In this document: positions 52,153 through 62,412 of the stretch, in pieces
Numbering within the stretch: the first letter of the stretch is position 1
Layout: every line of letters starts with the position of its first letter
NCBI GenBank assembly: GCA_963753595.1
Contig: CAVWCX010000033.1
Span: 39,360 to 103,359, forward strand
Direction: 5' to 3'
Origin: Candidatus Methanoperedenaceae archaeon
GTDB lineage: Archaea > Halobacteriota > Methanosarcinia > Methanosarcinales > Methanoperedenaceae
DNA: 64,000 nucleotides
Notes under the pieces: model-generated
What the model was told of the DNA's origin: nothing
Seen by the model: only the letters and a program-made list of their open reading frames with translations
The model's database searches: none
Program-made: the position numbers and the translations under genes

Positions 52153-52926
52153 ATGTTACTTATGCACCAGATAATCGATGAAATAATTGCATCAACAAGA
52201 AACAGGAGCCCTCCTGCTTCAAATACGATGAGAATAAACCCAAGAGATTTCAAGAAGAGCATCAGGGAAAAAAAACAACAAGATCTCATTCCGGTGATAT
52301 CAGAAGTAAAACCATCATCTCCTACCCGCTTTATCAGGAATGTTACACCTCTTGAAGCAGCCGGGATTGCAACTCAGATGGAATCTGCCGGCGCAGCAGC
52401 GATATCGGTACTTACAGAGCCGGATTTCTTTAAAGGCAGTATCCAGAACCTGATATCTGTCAGGGAGAATGTTAAAATACCGGTACTGAGAAAAGATTTT
52501 ATTATTAATAAGAACCAGATCCATGAAGTCGAAAGCGATTTGATCCTTTTGATCGCAGGAATTTTGTGCGATGAACTGGATGATTTCGTAAATGAAGCAA
52601 TATCCTCAGGCAGGGAGCCTCTTGTTGAAGTGCATAACAGTGGTGAACTTGAAAATGCACTCACAACGCGGGCAAATATGATCGGGATCAATAACAGGAA
52701 TCTTACTACGATGAAAGTTGATATTACAACGACAGAAGACCTTGCGCCTCTTATCAGTAACAGGATGATAATAAGTGAAAGCGGGATATCATCACCAGAT
52801 GATGCAGTCCGCATGATAGACGCGGGCGCTGATGCTATACTTGTCGGTACATCCATCATGCTGGGAAATGTTTACGAAAAGACTTACGAATTAGTACATG
52901 CATTGAACACTAAAAAGGATCATTGA
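52153..52926 (+). CDS. trpC: Indole-3-glycerol phosphate synthase
   Basis: ISEVKPSSP, ISVLTEP.FF.GS, LRKDF, GINNRNL and SESGI motifs. Confidence 0.96.
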   Translation: MLLMHQIIDEIIASTRNRSPPASNTMRINPRDFKKSIREKKQQDLIPVISEVKPSSPTRFIRNVTPLEAAGIATQMESAGAAAISVLTEPDFFKGSIQNLISVRENVKIPVLRKDFIINKNQIHEVESDLILLIAGILCDELDDFVNEAISSGREPLVEVHNSGELENALTTRANMIGINNRNLTTMKVDITTTEDLAPLISNRMIISESGISSPDDAVRMIDAGADAILVGTSIMLGNVYEKTYELVHALNTKKDH

Positions 52927-52970
52927 GAAAAGAATAATTGAAAAGATAATTAAGAAGGATAAATACGAAT

Positions 52971-54155
52971 ATGACACTTAAGCTTGAGTCCAAATTTGGT
53001 AAATACGGCGGCCAGTTTGTACCTGAAGTACTGATGCCGGCACTTGTTGAGCTTACTGAATACTATGAAAAATATAAAGATGATGCTGTTTTTAATGATG
53101 AACTGGATTATTATCTCAGGGATTTTGCAGGCCGCCCGTCCCCGTTATATTATGCAAGACGTTTGAGCAAAGAATACGGTGTAAAGATCTACTTGAAAAG
53201 AGAAGACCTCGTCCACGGCGGCGCCCATAAATTGAATAATACGCTTGGCCAGGGGCTGCTGGCTAAATACATGGGGAAAAAAAGGATAATCGCTGAGACC
53301 GGAGCGGGCCAGCATGGCACAGCATGTGCGATGGCAGGCGCGGCATTTGATATAAAGACCGAGGTTTACATGGGCGCCAGGGATACTGTGCGCCAGCGCA
53401 TGAATGTTTACAGGATGGAATTGATGGGAACAAAGGTCATTCCTGTAAGAAGCGGTTCACAGACATTAAAAGATGCAATTAATGAAGCAATGCGCGACTG
53501 GGTGGCAAATGTAGAGACTACGCATTACATGATAGGCTCGGTTGTCGGACCGCATCCATTCCCGACCATGGTGCGGGATTTCCAGAGCGTCATAGGGAAA
53601 GAGGTACGCACGCAGATACTGGAAAAGGAGGGCAGGTTCCCTGACTCCATAGTGGCATGCACGGGTGGGGGCAGCAACGCCATGGGTATATTTCATCCCT
53701 TCATTGAAGAAGATGTTGACCTTTTTGCAGTAGAAGCAGGAGGAAGCGGCATGAAAACTACAGAAAAAGAAGCTCTTCATTCAGCAACTCTTTGCACAGG
53801 CGAGGACGGCATCCTGCACGGCATGCGCACAAAGGTGCTCCAGAACAAATACGGACAGATACTTGAATCAAGCTCGATCGCAGCAGGTCTTGATTATGCT
53901 GGCGTTGGTCCTGAACTTGCGTACCTTGCTGACATCGGACGTCTCAAACCATGTAATTCAATGGACAGCGAGGCACTTGATGCATTCCATGACCTGTGCA
54001 GGTTTGAAGGGATCATCCCTGCACTTGAGTCATCTCATGCAGTAGCGTATGTCAAGAAAGCTGCGGCATCAGGAGAGCTTGGGGATATTGTCGTTATCAA
54101 TATTTCAGGACGAGGCGATAAAGATCTTGAGACCGTTATGGGGATGAGAAAATGA
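52971..54155 (+). CDS. trpB: Tryptophan synthase beta chain
   Basis: [28 protein letters not shown] and NISGRGDKD motifs. Confidence 0.98.
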   Translation: MTLKLESKFGKYGGQFVPEVLMPALVELTEYYEKYKDDAVFNDELDYYLRDFAGRPSPLYYARRLSKEYGVKIYLKREDLVHGGAHKLNNTLGQGLLAKYMGKKRIIAETGAGQHGTACAMAGAAFDIKTEVYMGARDTVRQRMNVYRMELMGTKVIPVRSGSQTLKDAINEAMRDWVANVETTHYMIGSVVGPHPFPTMVRDFQSVIGKEVRTQILEKEGRFPDSIVACTGGGSNAMGIFHPFIEEDVDLFAVEAGGSGMKTTEKEALHSATLCTGEDGILHGMRTKVLQNKYGQILESSSIAAGLDYAGVGPELAYLADIGRLKPCNSMDSEALDAFHDLCRFEGIIPALESSHAVAYVKKAAASGELGDIVVINISGRGDKDLETVMGMRK

Positions 54156-54943
54156 GGATAGAAGAAAAATTCAAACAGCTTAAATCGAAAAAAGAGGGAA
54201 CGCTGATCGCATACATCTGCGCTGGAGATCCTAACCCGCAAAACACGAAAGAGTATGTCACAGCCCTTGTCCGGGGCGGAGCCGATATCATTGAACTCGG
54301 GCTTCCATTCTCAGACCCGGTCGCTGATGGCCCCACGATCCAGATGGGCATCCAGAGAGCACTTGATGGCGGTATGACACCTGATATTTATTTCAGGATG
54401 ATCGCTTCGCTAAAACTGCATATTCCCCTGGTCGTGATGACCTATTATAATCTCATATTCAAACGCGGCCTCCAAAAATTCACAAAAGATTGCGCTGCAT
54501 CCGGGATATCCGGAATGATCGTGCCGGATCTCCCGCCTGAAGAATCAGATGAACTCCAGCGGGTATGCAAAGAGAATGAAATAGACCTCATTTATCTTGT
54601 GGCTCCAACTACTACTGAAGAAAGAATGGACCGGATACTTAAAGAAGGGACAGGTTTTATCTATCTGGTGGCACGGCTTGGTGTTACAGGGGTGCGGTCA
54701 GATGTTTCTGGTTCTACGCGGGAGCTTATTGAACGGGTAAAGACCACCACACCCAAAGCTGTGGGATTCGGGATATCGAATGGCAAGCAAGCTGCTGAGA
54801 TAATCCGAGCCGGGGCTGATGGTGTGATCGTCGGGTCGGCATTCGTTGATATTATCGCAAAAGGTGAAGATGTGCCTGCGAGGCTTCAGGCGCTGGCGCG
54901 GGAGTTGAAGGAGGGAATTAAGGGTCAGCATCTTTTGAAATAA
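54152..54943 (+). CDS. trpA: Tryptophan synthase alpha chain
   Basis: [31 protein letters not shown] and DGVIVGSA motifs. Confidence 0.97.
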   Translation: MRIEEKFKQLKSKKEGTLIAYICAGDPNPQNTKEYVTALVRGGADIIELGLPFSDPVADGPTIQMGIQRALDGGMTPDIYFRMIASLKLHIPLVVMTYYNLIFKRGLQKFTKDCAASGISGMIVPDLPPEESDELQRVCKENEIDLIYLVAPTTTEERMDRILKEGTGFIYLVARLGVTGVRSDVSGSTRELIERVKTTTPKAVGFGISNGKQAAEIIRAGADGVIVGSAFVDIIAKGEDVPARLQALARELKEGIKGQHLLK

Positions 54944-55046
54944 ATATTAACCTAATCGTTGTTAGGAAATATTTTATATCACCATAATCAAAATTGTATT
55001 CTTATCGAAAGCAATCTTAATCATATCCCACAACAATAAAAAAACA

Positions 55047-55616
55047 ATGTTCGAAGAAATCAAAGAATCGGTCAGGGATATTTTAAGACCCCTTGCAAAA
55101 AAGATCACAGAAATAAATCCGAACACATTGACCCTTTTTGGACTTCTGTTAAGTTTTGTATCAGCATATTTTTTCGCAAAGCAGGAACTTTACCTGGCAG
55201 GGACTTTTCTCCTTGCAGGCGGTTTTTTTGATGCGCTGGATGGAATGGTTGCGCGCGAAAATAACAGGATGACAAAGTTCGGAGGTTTTCTTGATTCTGT
55301 ATGCGACAGGTTCGCAGATTCTGCCATTATAATCGGGGCGATGTATGGGGGATTGACCGGGTTGGATTTCATTCAAGGCTGGTTGATAGGTACACTTGCG
55401 ATTTTCGGTTCGTTGATGGTCAGTTATACCCGCGCCCGCGCAGAGGCAGCCGGAGCGAGCGCATCTATTGGTTTTGGAGACCGTCCGGTTAGAATGATTT
55501 TAATTATCTTTGGCGCTTTCATTGGTCTGGTAAATTGGGCTATTCTCTGTGTAGCAGTTATATCATTCATAACAGTTTTCCAGAGGATAGCATTCGTAAG
55601 AAGAGGACTGAAATAA
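55047..55616 (+). CDS. CDP-alcohol phosphatidyltransferase (likely archaetidylinositol phosphate synthase)
   Basis: DALDG.VAR......GGFLDS..DR motif and SYTRARAE. Adjacent to ino1. Confidence 0.9.
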   Translation: MFEEIKESVRDILRPLAKKITEINPNTLTLFGLLLSFVSAYFFAKQELYLAGTFLLAGGFFDALDGMVARENNRMTKFGGFLDSVCDRFADSAIIIGAMYGGLTGLDFIQGWLIGTLAIFGSLMVSYTRARAEAAGASASIGFGDRPVRMILIIFGAFIGLVNWAILCVAVISFITVFQRIAFVRRGLK

Positions 55617-55668
55617 CAAATTTTAAGTTGTATAAGGATATCAATAAGCCTGTATAAGAGGAAATTTA

Positions 55669-56733
55669 ATGGCAGGCATACGTATCGCGGTCGCTGGAGT
55701 AGGAAATTGCGCTTCATCTTTAATTCAAGGACTTGAATATTACAAAAACATAAAACATTCCGATGAACTTGTTCCCGGATTAATGCATAATTCACTTGGA
55801 GGTTATCTGATCTCAGATATTAAACCGGTCGCAGCTTTTGACATTGATATGCGTAAAGTTGGAACAGACCTTTCCGAAGCCATATTTTCTGAGCCGAATT
55901 GCACAAAAAAGTTTTCCGATGTGCCTGGGTTTAATGTCGAGGTCATGAAGGGAGAGGTGCTTGACGGTGTTGCTCCCCACATGAAAGATTATTTCAGGGT
56001 TGACGATAAACAAAAACCGGTAGATGTGGCATCTGTGTTAAAAAAATCAAAAGCAGATATATTGATAAATTATTTGCCTGTGGGTTCTGAAGAAGCTGTC
56101 AAATATTATGCTTCGCAGGCACTTGAAGCAGGCTGCGGTTTCATAAACTGCATCCCGGTCTTTATCGCTTCAAATAAGCAATGGGCTGACAAATTCAGGA
56201 AAGCAAAGCTTCCGATCATCGGGGACGATATTAAAAGCCTCGTGGGCGCAACGATCGTTCATCGTGCGCTGACCCAGATGATAGTTGACAGGGGCGCAAG
56301 GATCGATAGCACCTACCAGTTAAATATCGGCGGGAACACGGATTTCAGGAATATGACCGACCAGGCAAGGCTAAAATCCAAGAAGATCTCAAAAACAGAA
56401 TCTGTTGCCTCCCAGATTCCTTATGATGCATATGTTTACGCAGGCCCCAACGGCTGCATAGAATGCCTGAATGATAATAAGATTTGCCACCTTAAAATTG
56501 ATTTCAAACTCTTTGGGGAGGTACCGGCTTATATTGACCTTAAGCTCTCTGTGGAAGACAGCCCGAACAGCGCAGGTGTTGTCGTAGATGCTATCCGCGT
56601 AGCAAAAATCGCTCTTGACAGGAAGATCGGCGGACCAATACTGCCAGCATCGGCATATTTTATGAAGCATCCGCCCGAGCAGATGCGGGATGTCGAGGCG
56701 CGGGAGAAGCTGGAAGAATTTATTAAGGGCTAA
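55669..56733 (+). CDS. ino1: myo-inositol-1-phosphate synthase
   Basis: GVGNCASS, NYLPVGS, GDDIKS, QLNIGGNTDF, KKISKT and EDSPNSAG motifs. Confidence 0.96.
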   Translation: MAGIRIAVAGVGNCASSLIQGLEYYKNIKHSDELVPGLMHNSLGGYLISDIKPVAAFDIDMRKVGTDLSEAIFSEPNCTKKFSDVPGFNVEVMKGEVLDGVAPHMKDYFRVDDKQKPVDVASVLKKSKADILINYLPVGSEEAVKYYASQALEAGCGFINCIPVFIASNKQWADKFRKAKLPIIGDDIKSLVGATIVHRALTQMIVDRGARIDSTYQLNIGGNTDFRNMTDQARLKSKKISKTESVASQIPYDAYVYAGPNGCIECLNDNKICHLKIDFKLFGEVPAYIDLKLSVEDSPNSAGVVVDAIRVAKIALDRKIGGPILPASAYFMKHPPEQMRDVEAREKLEEFIKG

Positions 56734-56737
56734 AAAG

Positions 56738-57763
56738 TTATTTGGTTAAAACCACAGGTTGCCCTGATGGGATGACCCAGATGACGTTTTGACTTCCTTT
56801 TAACGTGTCATACAATGCCAGTTTGGCATTGAAATCGAGCTGTTCCTGGGGAACGTTCTTTAATATGTCTGCCTGGTTCTTTTGCGCTTTTGCTATGGTT
56901 TCTATTGCTTCTGCCCGATTCTTGGCCGCATTTAACTCACCCTCGGATTTTGCCTGTATCGCCTGTTTTTCCGCAAGAGCATCCAGGGCGATCTTGGTAA
57001 ATGTTGGTCTTAGCAGGGATACGGAGTTTACTTTAATTCCGAATTGCTCTTCGATCTTTGACTCTTTTAATTTCTGTAATAATTCGTCATTAATAGAAGT
57101 AATCTGGGTTGTTATCTTGTCAGATGACTGGGATTGAAGATAATTAAAGACAAGACTATCATACGCTTTTTGCAGCTGCTCCTGGGGATACGTATTTTTA
57201 ACTCCGAATTGTATCATATCCACAATTTCAAAAGACATTACAGCGCCTGTATCAACTACCTTATCGTCTGTGGTTTTTATATCGAAACCGATCGCTCCTG
57301 ATTGAGCGTCCCCTTTAAACCTGGATTCAAGTTCCAGATAATCAGCCGGGAAATATATGTTATTATTTACAACGCTGTATTTTTCAACTTCCGTAAGTAA
57401 AGGAGTCCTTGTATGCCACCCCACTTCTGTCACAGGGACCTTATTTCCATTTACCTCAGTTATTATTGCCCCTGTTCCTGTTTCAATACGGTAACTTCCA
57501 AGAAGGGCAAGAATTACAATGATAAAAAGTAAAAATATTACCACACCAATTATTATTGATATACTTCCTTCTCCTTTGTCGTTGTTAATGATTTTCATTT
57601 TTTTTATTCCTGATTTCTCTTCATTTTCTTTTGCGATTATGTTAATTCCTGTTATAATTGCGATGATAAGTGGGATTATTGCCAGTCTGCTGTGTTCTAT
57701 TGCCATACCTGCGGTCAATAATACCATTACTAAGAAAAGGACGAGGTTAGTGTTAATTTTCAT
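56738..57763 (-). CDS. SPFH/Band 7 domain membrane protein
   Basis: N-terminal TM segments, FGIKVNSVSL and an Ala/Glu-rich coiled coil. C-terminal VIWVIPSG. Confidence 0.75.
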   Translation of the reverse strand: MKINTNLVLFLVMVLLTAGMAIEHSRLAIIPLIIAIITGINIIAKENEEKSGIKKMKIINNDKGEGSISIIIGVVIFLLFIIVILALLGSYRIETGTGAIITEVNGNKVPVTEVGWHTRTPLLTEVEKYSVVNNNIYFPADYLELESRFKGDAQSGAIGFDIKTTDDKVVDTGAVMSFEIVDMIQFGVKNTYPQEQLQKAYDSLVFNYLQSQSSDKITTQITSINDELLQKLKESKIEEQFGIKVNSVSLLRPTFTKIALDALAEKQAIQAKSEGELNAAKNRAEAIETIAKAQKNQADILKNVPQEQLDFNAKLALYDTLKGSQNVIWVIPSGQPVVLTK

Positions 57764-57809
57764 ATTTATTTCCCCTTTGATTCATAGATATATAATCGAC
57801 TATATATAT

Positions 57810-59132
57810 TTAATTCCCGACAACTCTCATTTTCCCAACCCTGACCGTGGGAGTTATGACATTCCCCACTTTCCTTATATCTTTCCCGATCCCGTCTATA
57901 TTCCTGAGGAGCTCAAAGATATTCCCTGATATCATCATGGATTTAATGGGTGATCCGACCTGGCCATTCTTTATCTCAAATGAATTCCTCGCCTCAACTG
58001 AAAAATCCCCTGAAATTGGATTTGCAGTATGGGCCCCAATAACGGAATTAACAATAACGCCGTCATTTGTCTCTGCAATGATATCGGATGAAGGATGTTC
58101 AATTATCAGGTTACGAATGCCTATTGACGGTGTGGACGTGTACGATCCCCGGATAGCATTGCCTGTGCTTTCGCGCTTCTCTTTCCCCGCAGCATAGCAG
58201 TCATAAATGAATGACGATAAGATACCGTTTTTAATAACAGGAGTTATCCGGGACGGTGTCCCTTCTTCATCGCATAATGAGGTCCCGATACCTCCCTCAA
58301 AAATCCCGTCATCGATAATGGATAGTTGATCCGAAGCTATCGAAGTATCCATTTTCCCTATCAAAGATGATCTTCCTTTCTGGATATTATCCGCATTTAC
58401 CGAGGTCACGATGGTATTTTCAAGGAGGTCTGCAATAACCATAGGTTCCAGAAGGACAGTGCAATCCCGGGTTTGTATGCTTATGCCATTTTGTGACCGC
58501 AATGCAAGGGATGCGGCCATTTCCCCGATTTTATAGAAATCCATATCCAGTTTTCGTGACATATCAAATTCGGAAGCGGTTGAAATAGGTGTATCTTTAG
58601 TGATAACATCCATTGAAGCCTGTACGATGGTATCTTCTTCCTCTACCTCAACGCCGTTTGAGTTCAGGATAAGCTTGGTTGAACTTCCGCATGCAAAATG
58701 CCCGGATGTGGGAACAATAGTCTGGATAGACTTTGCGCCATTTATCAGTTCGGAAGTAATATCAATGCATGACTCAATTTCGATATCTGCAATTTTCTTA
58801 TCAAAAATCCCTTTTACTTCTGGCAGTTTCTTTTTCCCGGGAAGTCCTGACCATTCAGGGTCGCTCCCTCTTACCCGCGCTGATTTTACAGCAAGGAGGG
58901 AAGCTTCTTTTATTCGCAAAACATCGTTAGTACTGGAAAAACCCACAGCCCCTTTCACGATCGCCCTTATCCCGATTCCTGAAATAAGACTTTCTTTTGC
59001 AAGATCAATTACGTCCCTGTGAATATCGATCGAAATAGACCTGCCTTTTACGCAATAAATCTCAACTTCATCCGCTCCTTCTTTTTGTGCAAACTCAAGA
59101 GCTTTATGAGCATTATCAAAAATATCATTCAT
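57810..59132 (-). CDS. TldD/PmbA family protein (PmbA-like)
   Basis: GIGIRA, DEEG.P, TGNA.R, HTANPISGDFS and ISGN motifs. Confidence 0.92.
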   Translation of the reverse strand: MNDIFDNAHKALEFAQKEGADEVEIYCVKGRSISIDIHRDVIDLAKESLISGIGIRAIVKGAVGFSSTNDVLRIKEASLLAVKSARVRGSDPEWSGLPGKKKLPEVKGIFDKKIADIEIESCIDITSELINGAKSIQTIVPTSGHFACGSSTKLILNSNGVEVEEEDTIVQASMDVITKDTPISTASEFDMSRKLDMDFYKIGEMAASLALRSQNGISIQTRDCTVLLEPMVIADLLENTIVTSVNADNIQKGRSSLIGKMDTSIASDQLSIIDDGIFEGGIGTSLCDEEGTPSRITPVIKNGILSSFIYDCYAAGKEKRESTGNAIRGSYTSTPSIGIRNLIIEHPSSDIIAETNDGVIVNSVIGAHTANPISGDFSVEARNSFEIKNGQVGSPIKSMMISGNIFELLRNIDGIGKDIRKVGNVITPTVRVGKMRVVGN

Positions 59133-59210
59133 GGAATCGTTAATTTAAACTTTAAGCAAGTTAAAGCTTTGCCAAATTATTTTTTGGCAGAACCTATGGG
59201 TTTTTTAAAA

Positions 59211-59278
59211 ACCACAGAACGCACAGAGGACACAGAGAAAAAACGACCTGCTCTGTGAACTCTGGGTTCTCTGTGGTT
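59211..59278. repeat. CACAGAG triple-repeat palindrome
   Basis: ACCACAGAACGCACAGAGGACACAGAG...CTCTGTGAACTCTGGGTTCTCTGTGGT. Confidence 0.85.
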
Positions 59279-59479
59279 GATTTTCTTTATAATTTAAAAT
59301 GTCAAATTACGGCAACATGCACCGAAATAGCCGACCGTTGATGGCACCCGCAACGAAAATAAATGCTTGTTTTCGCCTTGTATGTATTGTGCTTTACCTC
59401 CTTGATGCAACAAATTTGTTGAATATTAAGGTAAAGTTTGGGTAAAATCCTATAAATTAATAAAACATGACTCTTTTTC

Positions 59480-59863
59480 ATGGATAGGTTATTAGGGTGG
59501 ATGATTAATGATAATTATCTTTTTAGAATTCTTGAGGTAATTATTTTTATACTTATTTTGTCAGCAATTTATCTTTCTATTCAAAACATATTAACATGGA
59601 AATTCTTGAAAAAGGAAGATTCAGGTGAAATATTTTCAAATCGAGGACGTTTTTATAAAATGTTAGTCTTTTTAGTCTTTACAGGGTTTTTTTTGCTTAT
59701 CCGTAAATTTCTCGAAGGGCCTGGGGAAAATTCACCAACATATCATTTTTTTCAACCCATAGCACTTTTAGGATTAGGTCTCTTTAATTTTGAATTGTAT
59801 AAAATGTTCAAAAAATTAAAAGGTAAGCAGAAATCTGATATCTGGCAATTTACCTTTTTGTAA
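59480..59863 (+). CDS. Hypothetical membrane protein (3 TM)
   Basis: Hydrophobic segments in a low-GC ORF. Confidence 0.6.
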   Translation: MDRLLGWMINDNYLFRILEVIIFILILSAIYLSIQNILTWKFLKKEDSGEIFSNRGRFYKMLVFLVFTGFFLLIRKFLEGPGENSPTYHFFQPIALLGLGLFNFELYKMFKKLKGKQKSDIWQFTFL

Positions 59864-60007
59864 AAAAAACATTTTACATGGAGAGACTTGATAAAATATG
59901 AGTCCTATTTAACTGACAATTATGCTTGATTTAATAAAGGTTGAACAATTCAATAACAAGGTGATAATGCCCAAAGAAGATTTTGAAAAATCTCCAGAAA
60001 TAACACT

Positions 60008-61636
60008 ATGCGCGTTCTGATAATTGACGGGTATGTGGATGAACCTGCATGCCTTGGCGTTCCGCCGTATATGGCTCCTTATCCTCGTTATATAGCGGGC
60101 GCTCTCATTGAAAAAGGAGTTCAAAAGGAAGATATAATCTATCGCACCATAGACCAGATCAGAATGCGCAGGGAGCCTCTGCGGTTTGATCTTTATGTCA
60201 TTATAGCAGGAATGACAGTTCCAGGGAAATATCTGAGAGCATCACCAATCACCCTTAAAGAGATCAGCGAATTATCTCACCTTGAGGGTACAAAGATAAT
60301 CGGTGGACCGATCAGGTTAGGATTTGGCGAGGAAGGCGGCTCATCTGCAAAAGATTTTTCAGTTCCCGGAATTACGCTTGCAAAGAAAGACATAGAAGCG
60401 TTCGTTTTCGATCTTATGGATCACAATGACCCTGCATCGGTCAGGCACAGGATGCGCACTACAGGCGAGATAGGCAGATGGGCAGATTTGGGCGCCTTCA
60501 TCATCACCCAGCATCCTGATTATCCGTATGTTATGTGCGAGCTTGAGACTTACAGGGGATGTCCCCGCCATTCACACTGTTCTTTCTGCACAGAACCATT
60601 CTACGGAAAACCGGATTTTCGGGAAATTAACGATGTTGTAAGAGAGGTATCAGCTCTCTATGAGAACGGGGCGCGGTATTTCAGGCTGGGAAGACAGCCC
60701 GACCTATTCATGTACCGGTCAAAAAAGGGTGTTCCTGACCCGGACGCTCTGGAAGAACTCTATAGCAGGATACGCAAAGCTGCGCCTGGTCTAAAGGTGC
60801 TGCATATGGATAACGCCAATCCCATAACGATATCCAGGTTTCCCGAAGAATCACGAAAGATCGCTGAAATAATCGTAAAATACCATACATCGGGAGATGT
60901 CGCCGCACTTGGAATGGAAAGCGCAGACCCTGACGTGATAAGTGCAAATGACCTGAAAGCAACGCCTGATGAAGTATTTGAAGCGATAAAACTCTTAAAT
61001 GAAATTGGAGCTGCACGCGGGAGAAGCGGTCTTCCTGAACTATTGCCAGGGATAAATTTTGTTCATGGCCTGAAAGGTGAAACAAAAAAGACATTTGATC
61101 TTAACTTTGAATTCCTGAAAAAAGTGCTGGATAGCGGCCTTATGGTCCGGAGAGTTAATATCAGGCAGGTCATGGCCTTTGCAGGAACCCCGATGCATGG
61201 GCATGATGAAGCTGTATGGATGAATAAGGAGTTATTCCTTCGCTACAAAGAAAAGGTCAGGAACGAGATCGATCTTCCCATGCTTCGCTGCGTGATCCCT
61301 GCCGGGACGATACTTAAAGATGTAAGGACTGAAATTTTTGATAAAATCACATTCGGAAGGCAAATTGGCACATATCCCCTGCTTGTGGGAATTCCCCTGA
61401 AACTTGACCTTGTGCGCTCCTTTGATATACTCGTCACGGACCACGGGCACAGGTCAATAACAGGAATACCTGTGCCTATCGATATTAACCGTCTTCCAAT
61501 TAAATTACTGAATATGCTTCCTGGAATAGATAATAAACAGGTTGCCCAGGTGATGCGGGAAAGACCTTTCAAAGATAAAGAGGATATTATGAAAAGGACA
61601 TCGATCCGGGGAGAGATACTGGATCATATGGAATAA
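60008..61636 (+). CDS. Radical SAM protein with C-terminal helix-hairpin-helix
   Basis: ETYRGCPRHSHCSFCTEP cluster motif, GMESAD and C-terminal LPGID...ERPF. Confidence 0.88.
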   Translation: MRVLIIDGYVDEPACLGVPPYMAPYPRYIAGALIEKGVQKEDIIYRTIDQIRMRREPLRFDLYVIIAGMTVPGKYLRASPITLKEISELSHLEGTKIIGGPIRLGFGEEGGSSAKDFSVPGITLAKKDIEAFVFDLMDHNDPASVRHRMRTTGEIGRWADLGAFIITQHPDYPYVMCELETYRGCPRHSHCSFCTEPFYGKPDFREINDVVREVSALYENGARYFRLGRQPDLFMYRSKKGVPDPDALEELYSRIRKAAPGLKVLHMDNANPITISRFPEESRKIAEIIVKYHTSGDVAALGMESADPDVISANDLKATPDEVFEAIKLLNEIGAARGRSGLPELLPGINFVHGLKGETKKTFDLNFEFLKKVLDSGLMVRRVNIRQVMAFAGTPMHGHDEAVWMNKELFLRYKEKVRNEIDLPMLRCVIPAGTILKDVRTEIFDKITFGRQIGTYPLLVGIPLKLDLVRSFDILVTDHGHRSITGIPVPIDINRLPIKLLNMLPGIDNKQVAQVMRERPFKDKEDIMKRTSIRGEILDHME

Positions 61637-61859
61637 GAGTGGAAATCAATTTCTAACGCCTGTTCCAAAAAAATGACATCCATAGAAATTTAAAACTGAA
61701 ATTGATCATGTAATATAAAAGTACCCCACAAAGCTTATATATGATGATGTTGATTTATTAGCTATCAGTTGTCTAAATAGGTAATTTATAGAGTTTGGGG
61801 TTTTCCCCTCTGTGTTTGCTTTTTTTGGTAGATTGGTTAAAAATAACAGAGGTAATAAT

Positions 61860-62072
61860 TTGTTAACAGAAGAAGATAGAATTTCTCCAGTCTCGCAGGG
61901 CGCTATCCACGATGTCAAGATCGATAGCATTGCAAGAGAAGGAGATGGAATAGCACATATACAGGGTTTAGTGATTTTTGTGCCGGGCACGAAAATCGGA
62001 GACCAGGTAACGATCAAGATCGAACGGGTAATGCAAAGATTTGCAATCGCAGCACTTACCGGAAAGAATTAA
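61860..62072 (+). CDS. Single TRAM-domain RNA chaperone
   Basis: PV..G....VKIDSIAREGDGIA.IQG.VIFVPGT..GD.V.IKI. TTG start after GAGGT. Confidence 0.9.
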   Translation: MLTEEDRISPVSQGAIHDVKIDSIAREGDGIAHIQGLVIFVPGTKIGDQVTIKIERVMQRFAIAALTGKN

Positions 62073-62099
62073 AATAACAAAAACAACGGAGATATATAT

Positions 62100-62306
62100 A
62101 TGAGCAACGATAGAAAAAGCGACAGCCGCAGCAGCGGCGGATTTAGAGCAACAGGTCCAAGAGATATGCACATGGGCCCGAGAGAAATGTTCAAAACAAC
62201 CTGTGCAGACTGTAAACAGGAAACAGAAGTACCCTTCAAACCATCCGGCGACAGACCGGTATATTGCAGGGAATGCTACCAGAACCACAGACCAAAGAGA
62301 TTTTAA
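62100..62306 (+). CDS. CxxC-x17-CxxC zinc-ribbon protein
   Basis: REMFKTTCADCKQETEVPFKPSGDRPVYCRECY. Confidence 0.92.
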   Translation: MSNDRKSDSRSSGGFRATGPRDMHMGPREMFKTTCADCKQETEVPFKPSGDRPVYCRECYQNHRPKRF

Positions 62307-62314
62307 TTAACATC

Positions 62315-62342
62315 GGGCGCTGATAGCCGCCCACTTTTTTTA
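62315..62342 (+). terminator. Hairpin plus T-tract
   Basis: GGGCG.CT...AG.CGCCC followed by a T run. Confidence 0.55.
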
Positions 62343-62349
62343 GTATTTA

Positions 62350-62412
62350 TTATTTATTAGCCGGAGGCTTAAACCTGCATTCTTTCAAATATCGTTTGAA
62401 AAACCATTGTAA
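62350..62412 (-). pseudogene. Severed 3' end of the Fic gene
   Basis: Reads LQWFFKRYLKECRFKPPANK*, in frame with ...QEDIFL once the IS is removed. Confidence 0.85.
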
